DNA of 64,000 bases from the human T2T-CHM13v2.0 reference genome, Homo sapiens: NCBI RefSeq assembly GCF_009914755.1, contig NC_060948.1; one strand, 5' to 3'. Under the pieces are notes generated by a model. The model was not told the DNA's origin, searched no databases, and saw only the letters and a list, made by a program, of their open reading frames with translations. The first letter of the stretch is position 1. Each line of letters begins with the position of its first letter. Below, one piece after another: positions 16,215 to 37,400 of the stretch. The position numbers were made by a program, and so were the translations under genes.

Positions 16215-16790
16215 TTCGTTGTTTGTCTCCTAAGCCCATTCAACCCAAAACCTTCCAGGTATGTGGGAAGCTTAAGAGAGATTATGCAGTAGTTAGATGG
16301 CAGCAAGAGTCTTTAATAGAGTTTGAGTCTTTATACTATCCCTGGCTTCCCTTACTGTGGTCCTAGCAAAACATTGACATCCTCGTAAATAATAGGGACT
16401 GACTTTGAAAATTAACATTCTCTTCTTATTTAGATATCAATGTAGCTGGATGTAGAACAGCTGCCTCAAAAAAAAAAAAAAAAAAAAAAGAGATTCCATT
16501 CTTTTCCTTCTTTTATAAAAACTTCAGCAATGAGGTTGGAATTTGTCTCTCAAGGGCAGCTTCTTTTTGACTGTTGAAAGTGGAGATTTTCTGCTTACAG
16601 ATGGGACATAGAGTCTTATAATTATTAGCGGGACATGGGAGGAAGAGAAAGTTAGAAACTAGACGTTTTGGGCAAAGGGCTGACAAGGCTCTACACAGAG
16701 AAAAATCCTATCTTACTAGGTGGCAGTGTAGGATCTGAAAAATTAGATAAAAACTCTGATTCCAAACACTTTTCTGTCAAAAGTTAGAGA

Positions 16791-23160
<6,370 letters not shown>

Positions 23161-24130
23161 ATTCTTCCATCGTTTTATTTTGAGGCTATGTGTGCCTTTG
23201 CACGTCAGATGTGTCTCCTAAATAAAGCACACTTAGTGTATTTATATTTAAGATTAATATTGTTACGTGTCAATTTGACCATGATATGGTGATGCTAGCT
23301 GGTTATTTTGCATATTCTTGATGCAGTTTCTTCATAGTGTTGTTGGACTTTTTATTTGTTATTTTTTGCAGTAGCTGTTACCAGATGTCCCCTTACATAT
23401 TTAATGTTCCCTTTAGGAACTCTTGTAAGGCACTCATGGTGGTGACAAAATGTTTGTACACTTAACTTGTCTGAAAATTATTTTATTTCTCCTTTGGCCA
23501 TAAAGCTTAGTTTGGATGGCTATAAAATTCTGGTCTGAAAATTCTTTCCTTTAAGATCGGTGAATATTTGCCACCTCTCTCTTGTGGCTTGTAGGGTTTC
23601 TGCAGAATTATCTGCTGTTAGTCTAATGGGCTTCCCTTTGTAGATAACCTGATCTTTCTCTCTGGCTGCTCTAAACATTTTTTTTTCCTTTTTTTCTACC
23701 TTGGAGAATCTGCCAGTTATGTGTCTTGGGGGTTGTCTTCTCATGAAGTATCTCAGTGGTGTTCTCTATATTTCCTGAATGTGTACATTGGCCTGTCTTT
23801 GTAGGTTGGGGAATTTCTCCTGAATAACATCCTGAAGTTTGTTTTTCAAGTTGGTTCAATTGTCTTCATCACTTTTGGGTACACAAATCAATCACAGGTT
23901 TGGTCTTCTCACATAATCCCATATTTCTGAGAGGCTTTGTTTCTTCCTTTTCATTCTTTTTTCTCTAATCTTGTCTTCATGCTTTATTTCATTAAGTTTA
24001 TCTTCAATCTGTGATATTCTTCCTTCTGCTTGATTAATTCAGCTATTGATCCTCAGGTACGTTGTGCAAAGTTCTTGCCCTGTGTTTTTTAGCTCCGTCA
24101 GGACATTTATGTTTTCCTCTAAACTAGTTA
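23161..24130 (-). mobile_element. Older antisense L1PA fragment (ORF1 and start of ORF2)
   Basis: ORF 23520..23744- RHITGRFSKVEKKEKKMFRAAREKDQVIYKGKPIRLTAD is L1 ORF1p. Confidence 0.9.
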
Positions 24131-24149
24131 TAATCATAATTATTACTAT

Positions 24150-24265
24150 TTTTGAGACGGAATCTCACTCTGTCACCAGCCTGAAGTGCAGTGGTATCAA
24201 CTCAGCTCACTTCAACCTCCACCTCCCATGTTCAAGTGATTCTCCTGCATTAGCATCCTGAGTAG
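24150..24265 (-). mobile_element. Alu 3' fragment
   Basis: TTTTGAGACGGAATCTCACTCTGTCACC...CCTGAGTAGC, then an abrupt switch to LTR sequence. Confidence 0.85.
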
Positions 24266-25205
24266 CCTCTCTTCACTGAGAGTTGTACACTTCTTGGTAT
24301 TGCACGTCAGCAGATAGATTTGTCTTCTCTCAACTTAAAGCTGAGGACACATCTCAACAACCTTCCTGCATATAGAAGCTACCCACTCTAAAAAATCTCC
24401 TCTCCACTGAGGGCTTCAGAGACATTGTAGCAACCTGTCAGCCAATGGCACTTGGTCACTCTAGGTATTCTCTTAACTGAGTGTTGTGTGGTTGTAGGTA
24501 TGTCCTGTTTGTGAAATGGAGTTACCTCCTTTCTGTCTCCTGAGAGCTGTACCTTCACTCAGTGCAGCTTCTATTTACCTTAATTATTCTCCAGTTGCCC
24601 ACAAAGCTTATTCTTCCTAGGCATGGGACAAGAACTCAGAACCCACTTAAGGGCAAAACTATAAGATTAGTAACAAAAACTGGTCTGAAACACACAAACC
24701 CCCACTTGTCACATTTCTGATTACTGGGATTTAAAAAATAAAAAAGGATAGAAGAGGTTCAGTCCTTAAAGGAGCCCAGACTTAAACATTTTCAAAGCCA
24801 GGGCTGTGACACCATTTTGGGGGCTTTGCAGTTTCTGGCATTTTTAAGCTTCTGGATGCCGTTGTATTTCTGAGCAGTGAGGAAAAAAAGGCTTTTGCTA
24901 TGCTGATTCAGCCAAAGGCTTGCAGGGAGCTGGCACCACCTGGGCTTTCTCACCTTATCATAGCCAACATGCTCAGCTGTGTGAAGTGGCTGGACTCAAC
25001 AGTCGCTCACTCAGGCTTCTCTCTCTGCTCTGGGTCTGTCTCACCCACAGTAAAAATAGAATCTGAGCACATAGTTTGAGGTGAGTGCAACCTGTCAAAA
25101 TGAGTGGCAAATTTAGCCCAGCAGGCCCAAGAGAAATTTTGGCAAAGGTGCTACCATCCACTGAGATTTTTGGCTGGGAAAGCGATAGTCTATAGATCCT
25201 GCAAC
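24266..25205 (+). mobile_element. MER52-like LTR (partial)
   Basis: Homologous to 39715-40288 and 56565-57862. 3' end GGCAAAGGTGCTACCATCCACTGAG...GATCCTGCAACA. Confidence 0.7.
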
Positions 25206-25719
25206 AAAAGTCACTGTGATCACCAAGGACCAGTAGATTATTCAATCATGCCCATGTAATGGAGCCTGCATAATAACCCAAAATGGCAGGCTTCAGAGAA
25301 CTTCTGGAAATCTGAACTTATAGAGTATCCTAGACAATTGTGTGCACATAAAACCAGACATTAATCATTTTAAATGTCTAAGAATATGTACGTGTTTTTC
25401 CTTTGTTTTGAAGGAAGTTTCTGCATTTAATCATGTGTGCAGAATTTTAGCTTACTAAATAGAATATAATCTAAGTTAATCTAAAAAGCACACTTTATGA
25501 CCATTAAAACTTAGATATTTCTACCTAAATGATTCCATGATTGACTAATCCTGCTCAAGGTTTCCTTTAAAGAGGTAGTTCTTTATTCATGTTAACAGTG
25601 TAAGATCTAGAGCCTTATGCAAAAAACAAAATACAAATCAACTGATATCTCAGCAAAAGTTCTAACCATATGTTCAGTTTAGAATTTTGTGTCTCTGAGA
25701 TATTTGTGACTTGGTAAAT

Positions 25720-25796
25720 TCAAATCACCATCTCAGTTGTTTTTGTGTCTCTGTTTAGGGGAGGGCAGCAGAAACTGCCTCATACCCCATTAGACT
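25720..25796 (-). pseudogene. Homologue of the CDY1 second (3') coding exon
   Basis: After CAG it reads SLMGYEAVSAALP*TETQKQLRW*, versus the remembered CDY1 C-terminus IPLLGYKAAFPPRKTQNDQRWCP. Confidence 0.65.
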
Positions 25797-25930
25797 CTGC
25801 ATTCTAGGATACTTAAAATTAAATAATAATAATAATAAACACTATTACAGACTTTCAGTCATCCAAGTCTAACAAAAAACAATTCTAGTCTTTTATATAC
25901 TAGTAGCCATAGATAAAAATTAGAGCTCTT

Positions 25931-26267
<337 letters not shown>

Positions 26268-26509
26268 TTATATTTGGGCTTGTGCATAAAGTAATGATAT
26301 TTGGACAAAAAAAGCTGTTTCATTATTTATTTTACAGTTACAGTGCTTGAAGTGAATTGATAATATTAAATAAGTACCTTGGATATTTTCAGTCTCCTTT
26401 CAAGCCTTATCTATGGTTGAAATTGTTTTGGGCTATGAACATGGATTAGGGCATCTTGCAGCTAACGATGTATGCCGCTTAGCTCAGTTCTTGGGTCCTG
26501 AGCAGATAA

Positions 26510-28421
<1,912 letters not shown>

Positions 28422-28993
28422 AAGGAAAGAGAAGGTATTGAAGCAGCTGCTGTGTCATCTTTCTTTCAGTTGAGTGTCTACATAGTCACTGCATTCTGCC
28501 TCCAGTGCTTCAGCAGATCTTGGGTACAGATGAGCCTCTTCCAGTTTGTGGCCTGTGGTGTAGAAAGAGATGTGTGAAGAAGCAACTATGCTATGTCCCT
28601 TAGGCTCTCTACATTTACTCCATGGTTGGACAGCTCAGGCTTCCTTTTACGGTGCCAAGATGGCCCACTATGTAGTCTCAGCTAAGAGCAGCTGAATCCA
28701 CTACTCTTAATTTGCTGGTATAGTGCAGAAAGCTTCTACCTGCCTGGTACTTTTCCTTTGTGGCTCTTCTAATGATTACATTAAACATTCTAAAGTTAAA
28801 ACACTTCTAAATTCATGTTAGTTTACTCTTGCTACCATAAAAAAAGGGGGGGGGTTTATAGCACAACCCCTTCTATTTCACCTATTGAGTTCGCAAAATT
28901 ATACCTTTAGGCACCGTATGCCAGAAACACAAGCTAGTGAGTTTCTAAAATATATAATAGTGACTTAATTATGTGGAAAACCAATTGTGGAGG

Positions 28994-29124
28994 TGCATTT
29001 TTTTTATCTTTTATATTTATTTATTTATCTTTTCCTTAATCTTTACTTATTCACACTGCTGCATTTTTTTATCTTTTATATTTATATATTTATCTTTTCC
29101 TTAATCTTTACTTATTCACACTGC
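28994..29124. repeat. Tandem duplication, two copies of about 65 bp
   Basis: TGCATTTTTTT...CTTTACTTATTCACACTGC occurs twice head to tail. Confidence 0.92.
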
Positions 29125-29736
29125 TGTTTCATGTCTATTCATTTTATCCTAAAATACACCATAAAGCATTTCTTAAAGGGTAGTCTACTGGTAAAAGACT
29201 GCAGCTTTTACATGGGAATTTTATAATATCTCTCTCACTTTTGATGGGCATTTAGTGTAAACATGAGATTTCTGTTAAAAGTTTTTTTCTTACAGCATTT
29301 GGAATATATTAGTCTACTACTTTCTGACCTCTGAATTTTCAGAAAAGAAATCCACTGATTACTCATGGGGGTTCTTTTTACATGACCAGTCACTTCTCTT
29401 GCTATTTTCAAGTTTCAAGTTGTTTTTGTTTTAGACAGGTTAATTATCAAGTAAGTTTGAATGTATTTGAGTTTATGCTGCTTGGAGTTTGTTGAATTTC
29501 TTTGGTGTTTATTTATTTCCTCAAATTTATGACCTTCCTGACCACTACTGTTTTAGTCTCCTTTAGGAGGACTGCTTGATGGTGTTCCACTGGTTTCTAG
29601 GTTGTTTTCACAGTTATTTATTTATTTATTTATTTGTTTATTCCCTTCTTGACTTAACAATTTCAACTGCCCTTTTCTTAGATCTGCTGATAGTTTGTTC
29701 TTCTATCTTCTCAAGTGTCCTTTTAAATCTCTGTAG

Positions 29737-30031
<295 letters not shown>

Positions 30032-30072
30032 GTAGTAAATTTTAGTGACAGTTGTTTAACTTTTCAGCTCCA

Positions 30073-30275
30073 GATATATATGTATAGGTATATATATAAT
30101 ATATATACACACACACATATATACACATATATATTTATATTATATATTAAATAAAATATATTATATATAATATAGAAATATATTTTTATGTATTCTATAT
30201 ATGTAAACTAAAGTCTAACATAATCTAAAGTCTAAGATATATGTATATATAGATTAGATAGATAGACAGATATAT

Positions 30276-30307
<32 letters not shown>
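30073..30307. repeat. (TA)n/(AGAT)n/(AG)n microsatellite cluster
   Basis: Direct observation. Confidence 0.85.
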
Positions 30308-30309
<2 letters not shown>

Positions 30310-30491
30310 TACTGAACCTGGCCTAGAATTTCCTTCTTAGTTTTACTGTAAGTTTACTTTATTGTAAGTTTTGTTTATTGTAAGTTTACTGTCTATTAAT
30401 AATTTTTTTATATTCATGGCTTTCTGTGCTTTTCTTCATTGCATTAGCTTTCTAAAAAAATCATTAAATTTAAAAGTTATTTTTTAGTTAG

Positions 30492-30861
<370 letters not shown>

Positions 30862-33800
30862 GAACCACACTTTCTTATTTCACCTTATGCTATGTGATTC
30901 TGTTGGTGTCGAAAACAGGCATATAAATTTTCAAGTGTTGTACCTTTGAAAATCAGATTTTCTCCCTCTGTAGCTTGCTAGGGATTTGTTTATTCATCAT
31001 CTAGGCTATTTCTGTCATGACAATCAGTCTTACTGATTTTGTTGGGGGTTTTTCTTGAGGCTGCATCATTTTGGAGCACAGATGTGTAGCAACACATTTT
31101 ATTCTAAATTTTCACGTACATATGTTTTCTTTGAATGTTTTCTCTATCATTCTCTGGCCTCTAAAGAGAAAAAAAAAACAGAAAAATTAGGAAAGAAAGG
31201 CTCTGCCTTTGTAAATCGTCTGAAAGTTACTTGAGTAGCAGGAGAAAAAGCCTGTAAAAGGTTTGGAAAATGAAAAATGACTGTTCACCACTCGCAGGAC
31301 CTCCGTAATAAGAAACAGCAATCGGTTAGCCAGTCCTCCTGAGATTTGGAGGATAAGGTCATTTTTGCCTATCGTGGCTATTGCCAGCTGCTCCAGAAGT
31401 ATTTGCAAGGCTGCACACCACGGCAATAGTTGATAGGAATAAATAACTGCTGTTGACCTATGCTATAAAGTTGATCGAACTTAATTGTTGTTGACTTTAC
31501 AAATCGTGTTTTGAAAGCTTCAAAACTTCAGATAGGATCTATAATTCCAAACTATTTGCGTCATAGCGATTCTGCCACTGCACATATTGAAGAGTTGAAG
31601 GGACAGATGCATAGTGCTCTGTAATCCATTGTCTCGTTTTTGCAAGAACCTGTATCATTTTATTTTCAATCTCTCTCTTTGCACTTAAGGTAACACTTGC
31701 AGGGAAATCACATATGTGAACCCTTCTTTTAAAGGTACATTTGCATCATTCTGTGCCTTTTTATGAAGGAGCTCACATTTAAAGTTATTAAACGTAAAAA
31801 ACTATTCACTCTGATATTTAATTACTTGCTTTCTGTATGTTCTTTACCTTATTTGAATTTTTAAATTTCTCCTTTCATCTTTCAGAAAAATTTCTTAATT
31901 TCTCAAAACTTTCTTCTTCTATATATTTTATATTATATTTAGTTACATTTGGGACCTCAATAAATATTCTAAACTTAAAATAGCCTACGTTGGATAATAC
32001 TACCTTATTTAAATAATCTAAAGTCTAAGTTCAACAATATAAAGGTACTCTGCTCCTGCACTTTTCTATTCTTCTCAAATTATATTATATTGTCTCAGAC
32101 TATGTCTCCACTCACAGAGTGTCCATGAAATTAAATCTGTATTTTTTTTGTATGTAATAGCTGCCTATAATAAGCATAATAGTAGTAATTATCTTTGCTA
32201 GGTAATAGTAATAGCTTTTATTGGTGGGGGGAGGGTTAGACACACATTTCTTTAGCTTATTTTTATCTAGACATTTTCTGCTTGTGTATTATTTTACAGG
32301 TTATAAATGTTCTTCATTTCTCCAAGGTGTCTTCTTAGTTATTGGCAGCTTAGTATCCACTTAAATAGCATTTTGTATAAGAGCAGTATACAAGCTATTA
32401 TTTAAAAAAACTGAATATGTATTATCAGATTGTCAATTATATGAAGTAACTGCATTGTTGGTTCTCAGGAAACTAAATGTTTGTGACCAATTCCTGGCAT
32501 TTTCAACCAAGAGTGACTTCTGACTTTGGCAAAACAGAAATAAAAATGACTAATCAATTCATCGTTTATTCTCTAGAAAGACTAGAACAAACACAATAAA
32601 TTAGCACATAAGGGCTGTTTTACTCCTTCTAGAATCAGGAATCAGGGCCTCAAATTGAAAATGTGGATTTCAGTTTTGCAGGCTTCATCTGTGTCTGGGA
32701 GGCAGTATGACAATCCAAAACATTAACTGTTTTAAAATTGTCTCTCTTGATTAAGTGTTTCCTTGGTTGATGTGAACTATTGGTGAACTATTGGTTTCCT
32801 GGGTGTAGACGGTTTTTTATTTGTTTGAGATTTCTTTGAATGGTTTGACGCTGCCTGCTCTGCAATTTTGTTTCAGTTTTATTTGTGAAGCATGAACTGT
32901 TTTCTAATCTCAGTTTATTTTTATTTAGGAGATCTAAATTTTGTCCCATGAAAATGTTGTTTCAAATGCTGAAGTTAAATGTTACACTTTTAATTTGGGT
33001 TTCTAGATTTTTTATTTGTTTGTTTTAGTGGTTATAGTGTAAGGTTTTTTGTTTGCTTTATATTAATTGATCCTATCAATTTCATATAAAATGCATGAGG
33101 TAAAATTCTCTATTGAGTACAGCTTGGACTCATGTGAGACAAGCATAAAATAATTAGTCTCTAAAGTGACTGTGAAGTAAATATCTAAATAAAATAATAA
33201 GGGAATAATCACACAAGCATGCATCAAGATCAACAAGTTTGATGACCTCCACCAGACGTCTGCTTAAATTGTTTGAAAAACAGCCAGGTCACTGTGGCTG
33301 GAGCAGACCGTGGAAGGCAAACAGTTATAGACATTGAGCTCATGGAGGTAACAGACAGTCCATGTGAGTGGCTAGGGTTTCTGTAAGTCAATAGATTTTA
33401 CTTTCTTTTTACCCTAAGCCTGGTTCATGACTAGAAGTGGAATTGGTAAGGTGGTTACTAGCATCTAGCCCTGAGAGATTAGAAAAGCTGAAAAATATCT
33501 TAAAATCTAGAGTCTCAGGCCTCTCTTTGATAAATTAACAGTGATAGATCATCTCTCCAGAAAATTGTACATAAGAAAAGCACACTTTGATTTTATATTT
33601 TCAAGATTACTTAACTCAATCTTTGGTTTCTATAAATCAGAAGAATTTTAAGAAGCTTTTGTAAAGTTCTGTTGATTCAAGTTAAGGTAAGTGTTAGTAA
33701 AGCGAAGTCAGTTGAGTTAGTCAATGATTACAAAGTAAACCATATATTTCTTTTTCTCCCCTTTCCTTTTCCCATTACTTTTTAAATATTTCCGTAAAAC

Positions 33801-34485
33801 ACTAGTATAGCAAAGAAAAAACAACAACAACAACAAAAAAACGAAGCCAGGCAGCCTCTGTTTTGTGGGTGGCAATTAAGAAAACACAACGAATGGCTTT
33901 TGGGATAGAACTAAACTTGACTACAGCTGGAAGGCATACAGAAAAGACATACACACTTGTGGATTGGCACACTACATTATGCATGCACAATGGGCATAAT
34001 ATTTATCGTAAGGCAAAAATTAAATATGTCTGATGACATAAAAGTTGCTGAGCCATTATAATAACGAAGCCCAATGAAAACAAAGATTTCAAGGATTATA
34101 GCTGGGGTTAGAGAACTCTTGCTTTTGCTAAAGTTGTTGAGTAGAATTAACACTGAGGTATCTTCTACTGTTCTAAAATTGTATTTGATAGAAGATTTTT
34201 ATAGTGGGAATCTTTGATCTCAATTAGTTATGCTCTCTCATGTTCTAAATTAACCAGAAATAAATACATTCACAAAAATTTACATGAGCCAATTAGAGAA
34301 AATAAAAACAAGTGAATGAAGAAGTAGCTGTAATAGAAAAATGTATGTGGAAATGTTAAGATAAATCAAAAAAGGAGGTTAATTCATACAGTGTAAAATC
34401 TTTTACATTTGATTACAAAAATTGTTTTGTAGTTCATGAGGCTCATCTCATGAATTTACATTTTTCTGCCAGATTTATATTCACT

Positions 34486-37400
34486 AAAAGCTGATTAGAG
34501 TGTGCCCACAAGAATAAGGTGGATCTGCATTCCACAGCTCACTGATTCAAAGATTGTTTCGGGGAAAAATTCCAACAGATACACCCAGGATTAATACCCT
34601 GTATACCTCAATCCAACGAAGTCAACACTCAGTATTAACCATCACAAATCCACCCCTTGACAACTTGAACCACTACACGTCTCCTAAGAGAATACCTAAT
34701 TTTCAAGTAAAGAAAATAATAACATCATAATTACACCTAACGTAATACAACTGTCTTTGTTAAAACCAGTAATTCACCAATCCCAAATCTAAACACTATT
34801 ATGTGAAGTTAACCATACTCAAATGTTGATTTGATGTCAATAAATCTAATGTCACATAATAAAGAAAAAGAAAAAATGAAGGTACTATTACATGTGTATA
34901 CATACACAAACTTTTTTTTTGACAAAAAGAGGAACTATTTAGAACAATTAACGTCCTCATTTCTGCAGCTGGTCACCTGGTTGTAGCTGGTGTTGATGTC
35001 TACCTTCTTCTACCAACCTTTATGTGTTCCCTTTGCGTTCAACAAGCACCTCAGCTGAGACCCCTAATACCTTTCCTTTCTTCTTTCTTTCCTTTCTTCC
35101 TTCCTTCTTTATTTCCTTCCTTCCTCCATTCCTTCCTCCCTTGTTTCTTCTATTCCTTCCTTCCTTCCTCCCTCCCTCCCTTCCTTCCTTCTTTTCTTCC
35201 TTCCTTTCTTCCTCTCTCTCTCTCTTTTCTTCTTTCTTTCTTGTTTGTTTGCTTTCTGGCTGGCTGGCTGCCTGGCTGGCTGGCTGGCTGGCTTGCTTGC
35301 TTGCTGGCTTGCTTGCTTGCTTGCTTCCTTTCTTTTCTGTTGGAGTAACCCAAACCTTAACTCCTGAAGGTTCTGGATCATTTACAGTCCTGTCAAAATT
35401 AGGCTGTTGTAATTTTCCGTTGATCTTAATCTCAGGGCAGTTAAATACTATCAGGCACCTTAATGGATCTCCTGTGTTCCATGTATATTCTTCCATACCT
35501 CCGTTGTAAAATAGTAGACTGATTTTATCTTGCTAATTCAAGTCAGTCACCACAGCCAACACTGTCACTTCCTTAGCCTGTTGACTGAAAGGCAGGAGTA
35601 GCCCAAAATGCCAAGGGGACAATCTTCACTGTCAGTTTAATGGAAATGTCATTCTGTCTCCTGGTGGCAACATTTCTCCCTCTGGAACTAAGACCTGTAA
35701 GCCTGTGGAACATAATGTAAAGGAAACAGGAAGCAAACATTTTGCTAGTGGATCACTAGGGGTGATGGTGAGTGGGGACATTTTCACTTCCACACCTTGA
35801 TTTCTGTACCCAATAATTCTGGCTATGGGAAAAAGAGTATATGTTCAACACTGATTCAAAACATACATTGCCTTCTGGAGAACTTTTCCCCAGGTTTGCA
35901 AAGTCTTGTCACATGGTTGGTATTGTAATTGTAACTTTAAAAGGCCATTTCACCATTCTATTAATCCAGCTGCCCTAGGATGATGGGAAGCATGGTAAGA
36001 CCAACGAATTCCATAATGCAGGAGCCCACTGCCACACTTCTTTAGCCATAAGGTGAGTGTCTTTGTCAGAGGGAATGCTGTGTGGAATGCTATGTTGGTG
36101 GATGAGGTATTTAGCGTGTCCACAGATGGTAGTCTTGGCAGAAGCATTGGATGCAGAATAGGCAAACGCATATCCAGTGTAAGCACCCTGAGAAACGGTG
36201 CCATATCGACGGATCAGTGTTGGACTCTGTTGCTTGCAAATGGGGCATGCAGCAGTGGCCATAGCCAGGTTAGCTTTGGTGAGTAAAAGTCCATTTCGCT
36301 GAACCCATGCATAATCTTCACCCCTGCAATCATGGCCACTTTGTTTATGGGCTCTCTGGGTGATGACAGCAGAAACTCGGGAGAGAGGCTGAGTGGTTTC
36401 CACAGGATGGTTTATTCTATCCATTTGCTTACAAAATTTTTCCTCTTCTGAGGTCACCGTTGTTGAACACTTACATGAAATATAAATATCCTCACAGTTT
36501 TTGACCACTCAGAGAGGCTAATCTACATAACTCTCTCTTAAATTACTTTGCCACTTATTTACTGATAATGCTTCTTCCAAGTTCCTGATCATCCAGCCAA
36601 AGCATTGGTTATGGCCCATGAACCAGTATATAATCACACATCTGGTTATTTCTCCTTGGCATTCAGTCTACTGGGAAGAGGTCCCTTCACCACTGTTCTT
36701 CACGGATATCCCAGCAAAAATCTGTACTGCTGCAGCTGTTCATTCTTGGGTGGTGGCTCCATATATGGTGCAGAACCATCTGGAGCCAGGCCATAGTCTC
36801 CTCTTATTCTGTCAACTGACCATAGGGAACTAGCCATGAGACCATCAGTGCAGGTTGGAGGGGAGAAGGCATGGTGGCAAGACTGGAGAACATGAGCATT
36901 TGAGTCAGTGACGCATGTAAATTACTTGTGCCTTCAGGACTGGCTTGAGACTGAGCACATATGTACCACTTCCATTTGATGATGAAATTCTGCTATGGAC
37001 AACCCACTTTATGGCTAGATGGATCAGAAAGCACCCAGTTCATGATAGGCATTTCAGTTCACTTGGTGACTTGATGACTTATAGACAAGGGTACAGTTTC
37101 CACCAAACCCAGTAACAGGCCAAGAGTTGTCTCTCAATAGGACAATGGTTATCTGCAGAAGATGGCAGGGCCTTACTTCAAAATCCTAGAGACCTATGCT
37201 GTGATTCACCTGTGAGATCCTGGCATTAGGTTCCAAAGAGCACCCCTATCTACCACTGACACCTCAATCATCATTATATCTTCTGGGTCATACGGCCCAA
37301 GTGACAGAAAAGCTTGCCTGGATCTTCTACAGAGCTTTCTCCTGTTCTGGACACTATTCACAACTGGCAGCCTTTTAAGTCACTCAATAAAAGGGGGAGA

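Noticed and set aside
15643-16366. Cluster of Y/I/C/H-rich ORFs
   Set aside because: Translations of the TA/CA microsatellite.
33802-33990. XKRY-like peptide (KAIRCVFLIA)
   Set aside because: Only a few residues match, with no extended similarity.
35020-35509. Overlapping low-complexity ORFs on both strands
   Set aside because: Translations of the tetranucleotide STR within HERV-L.
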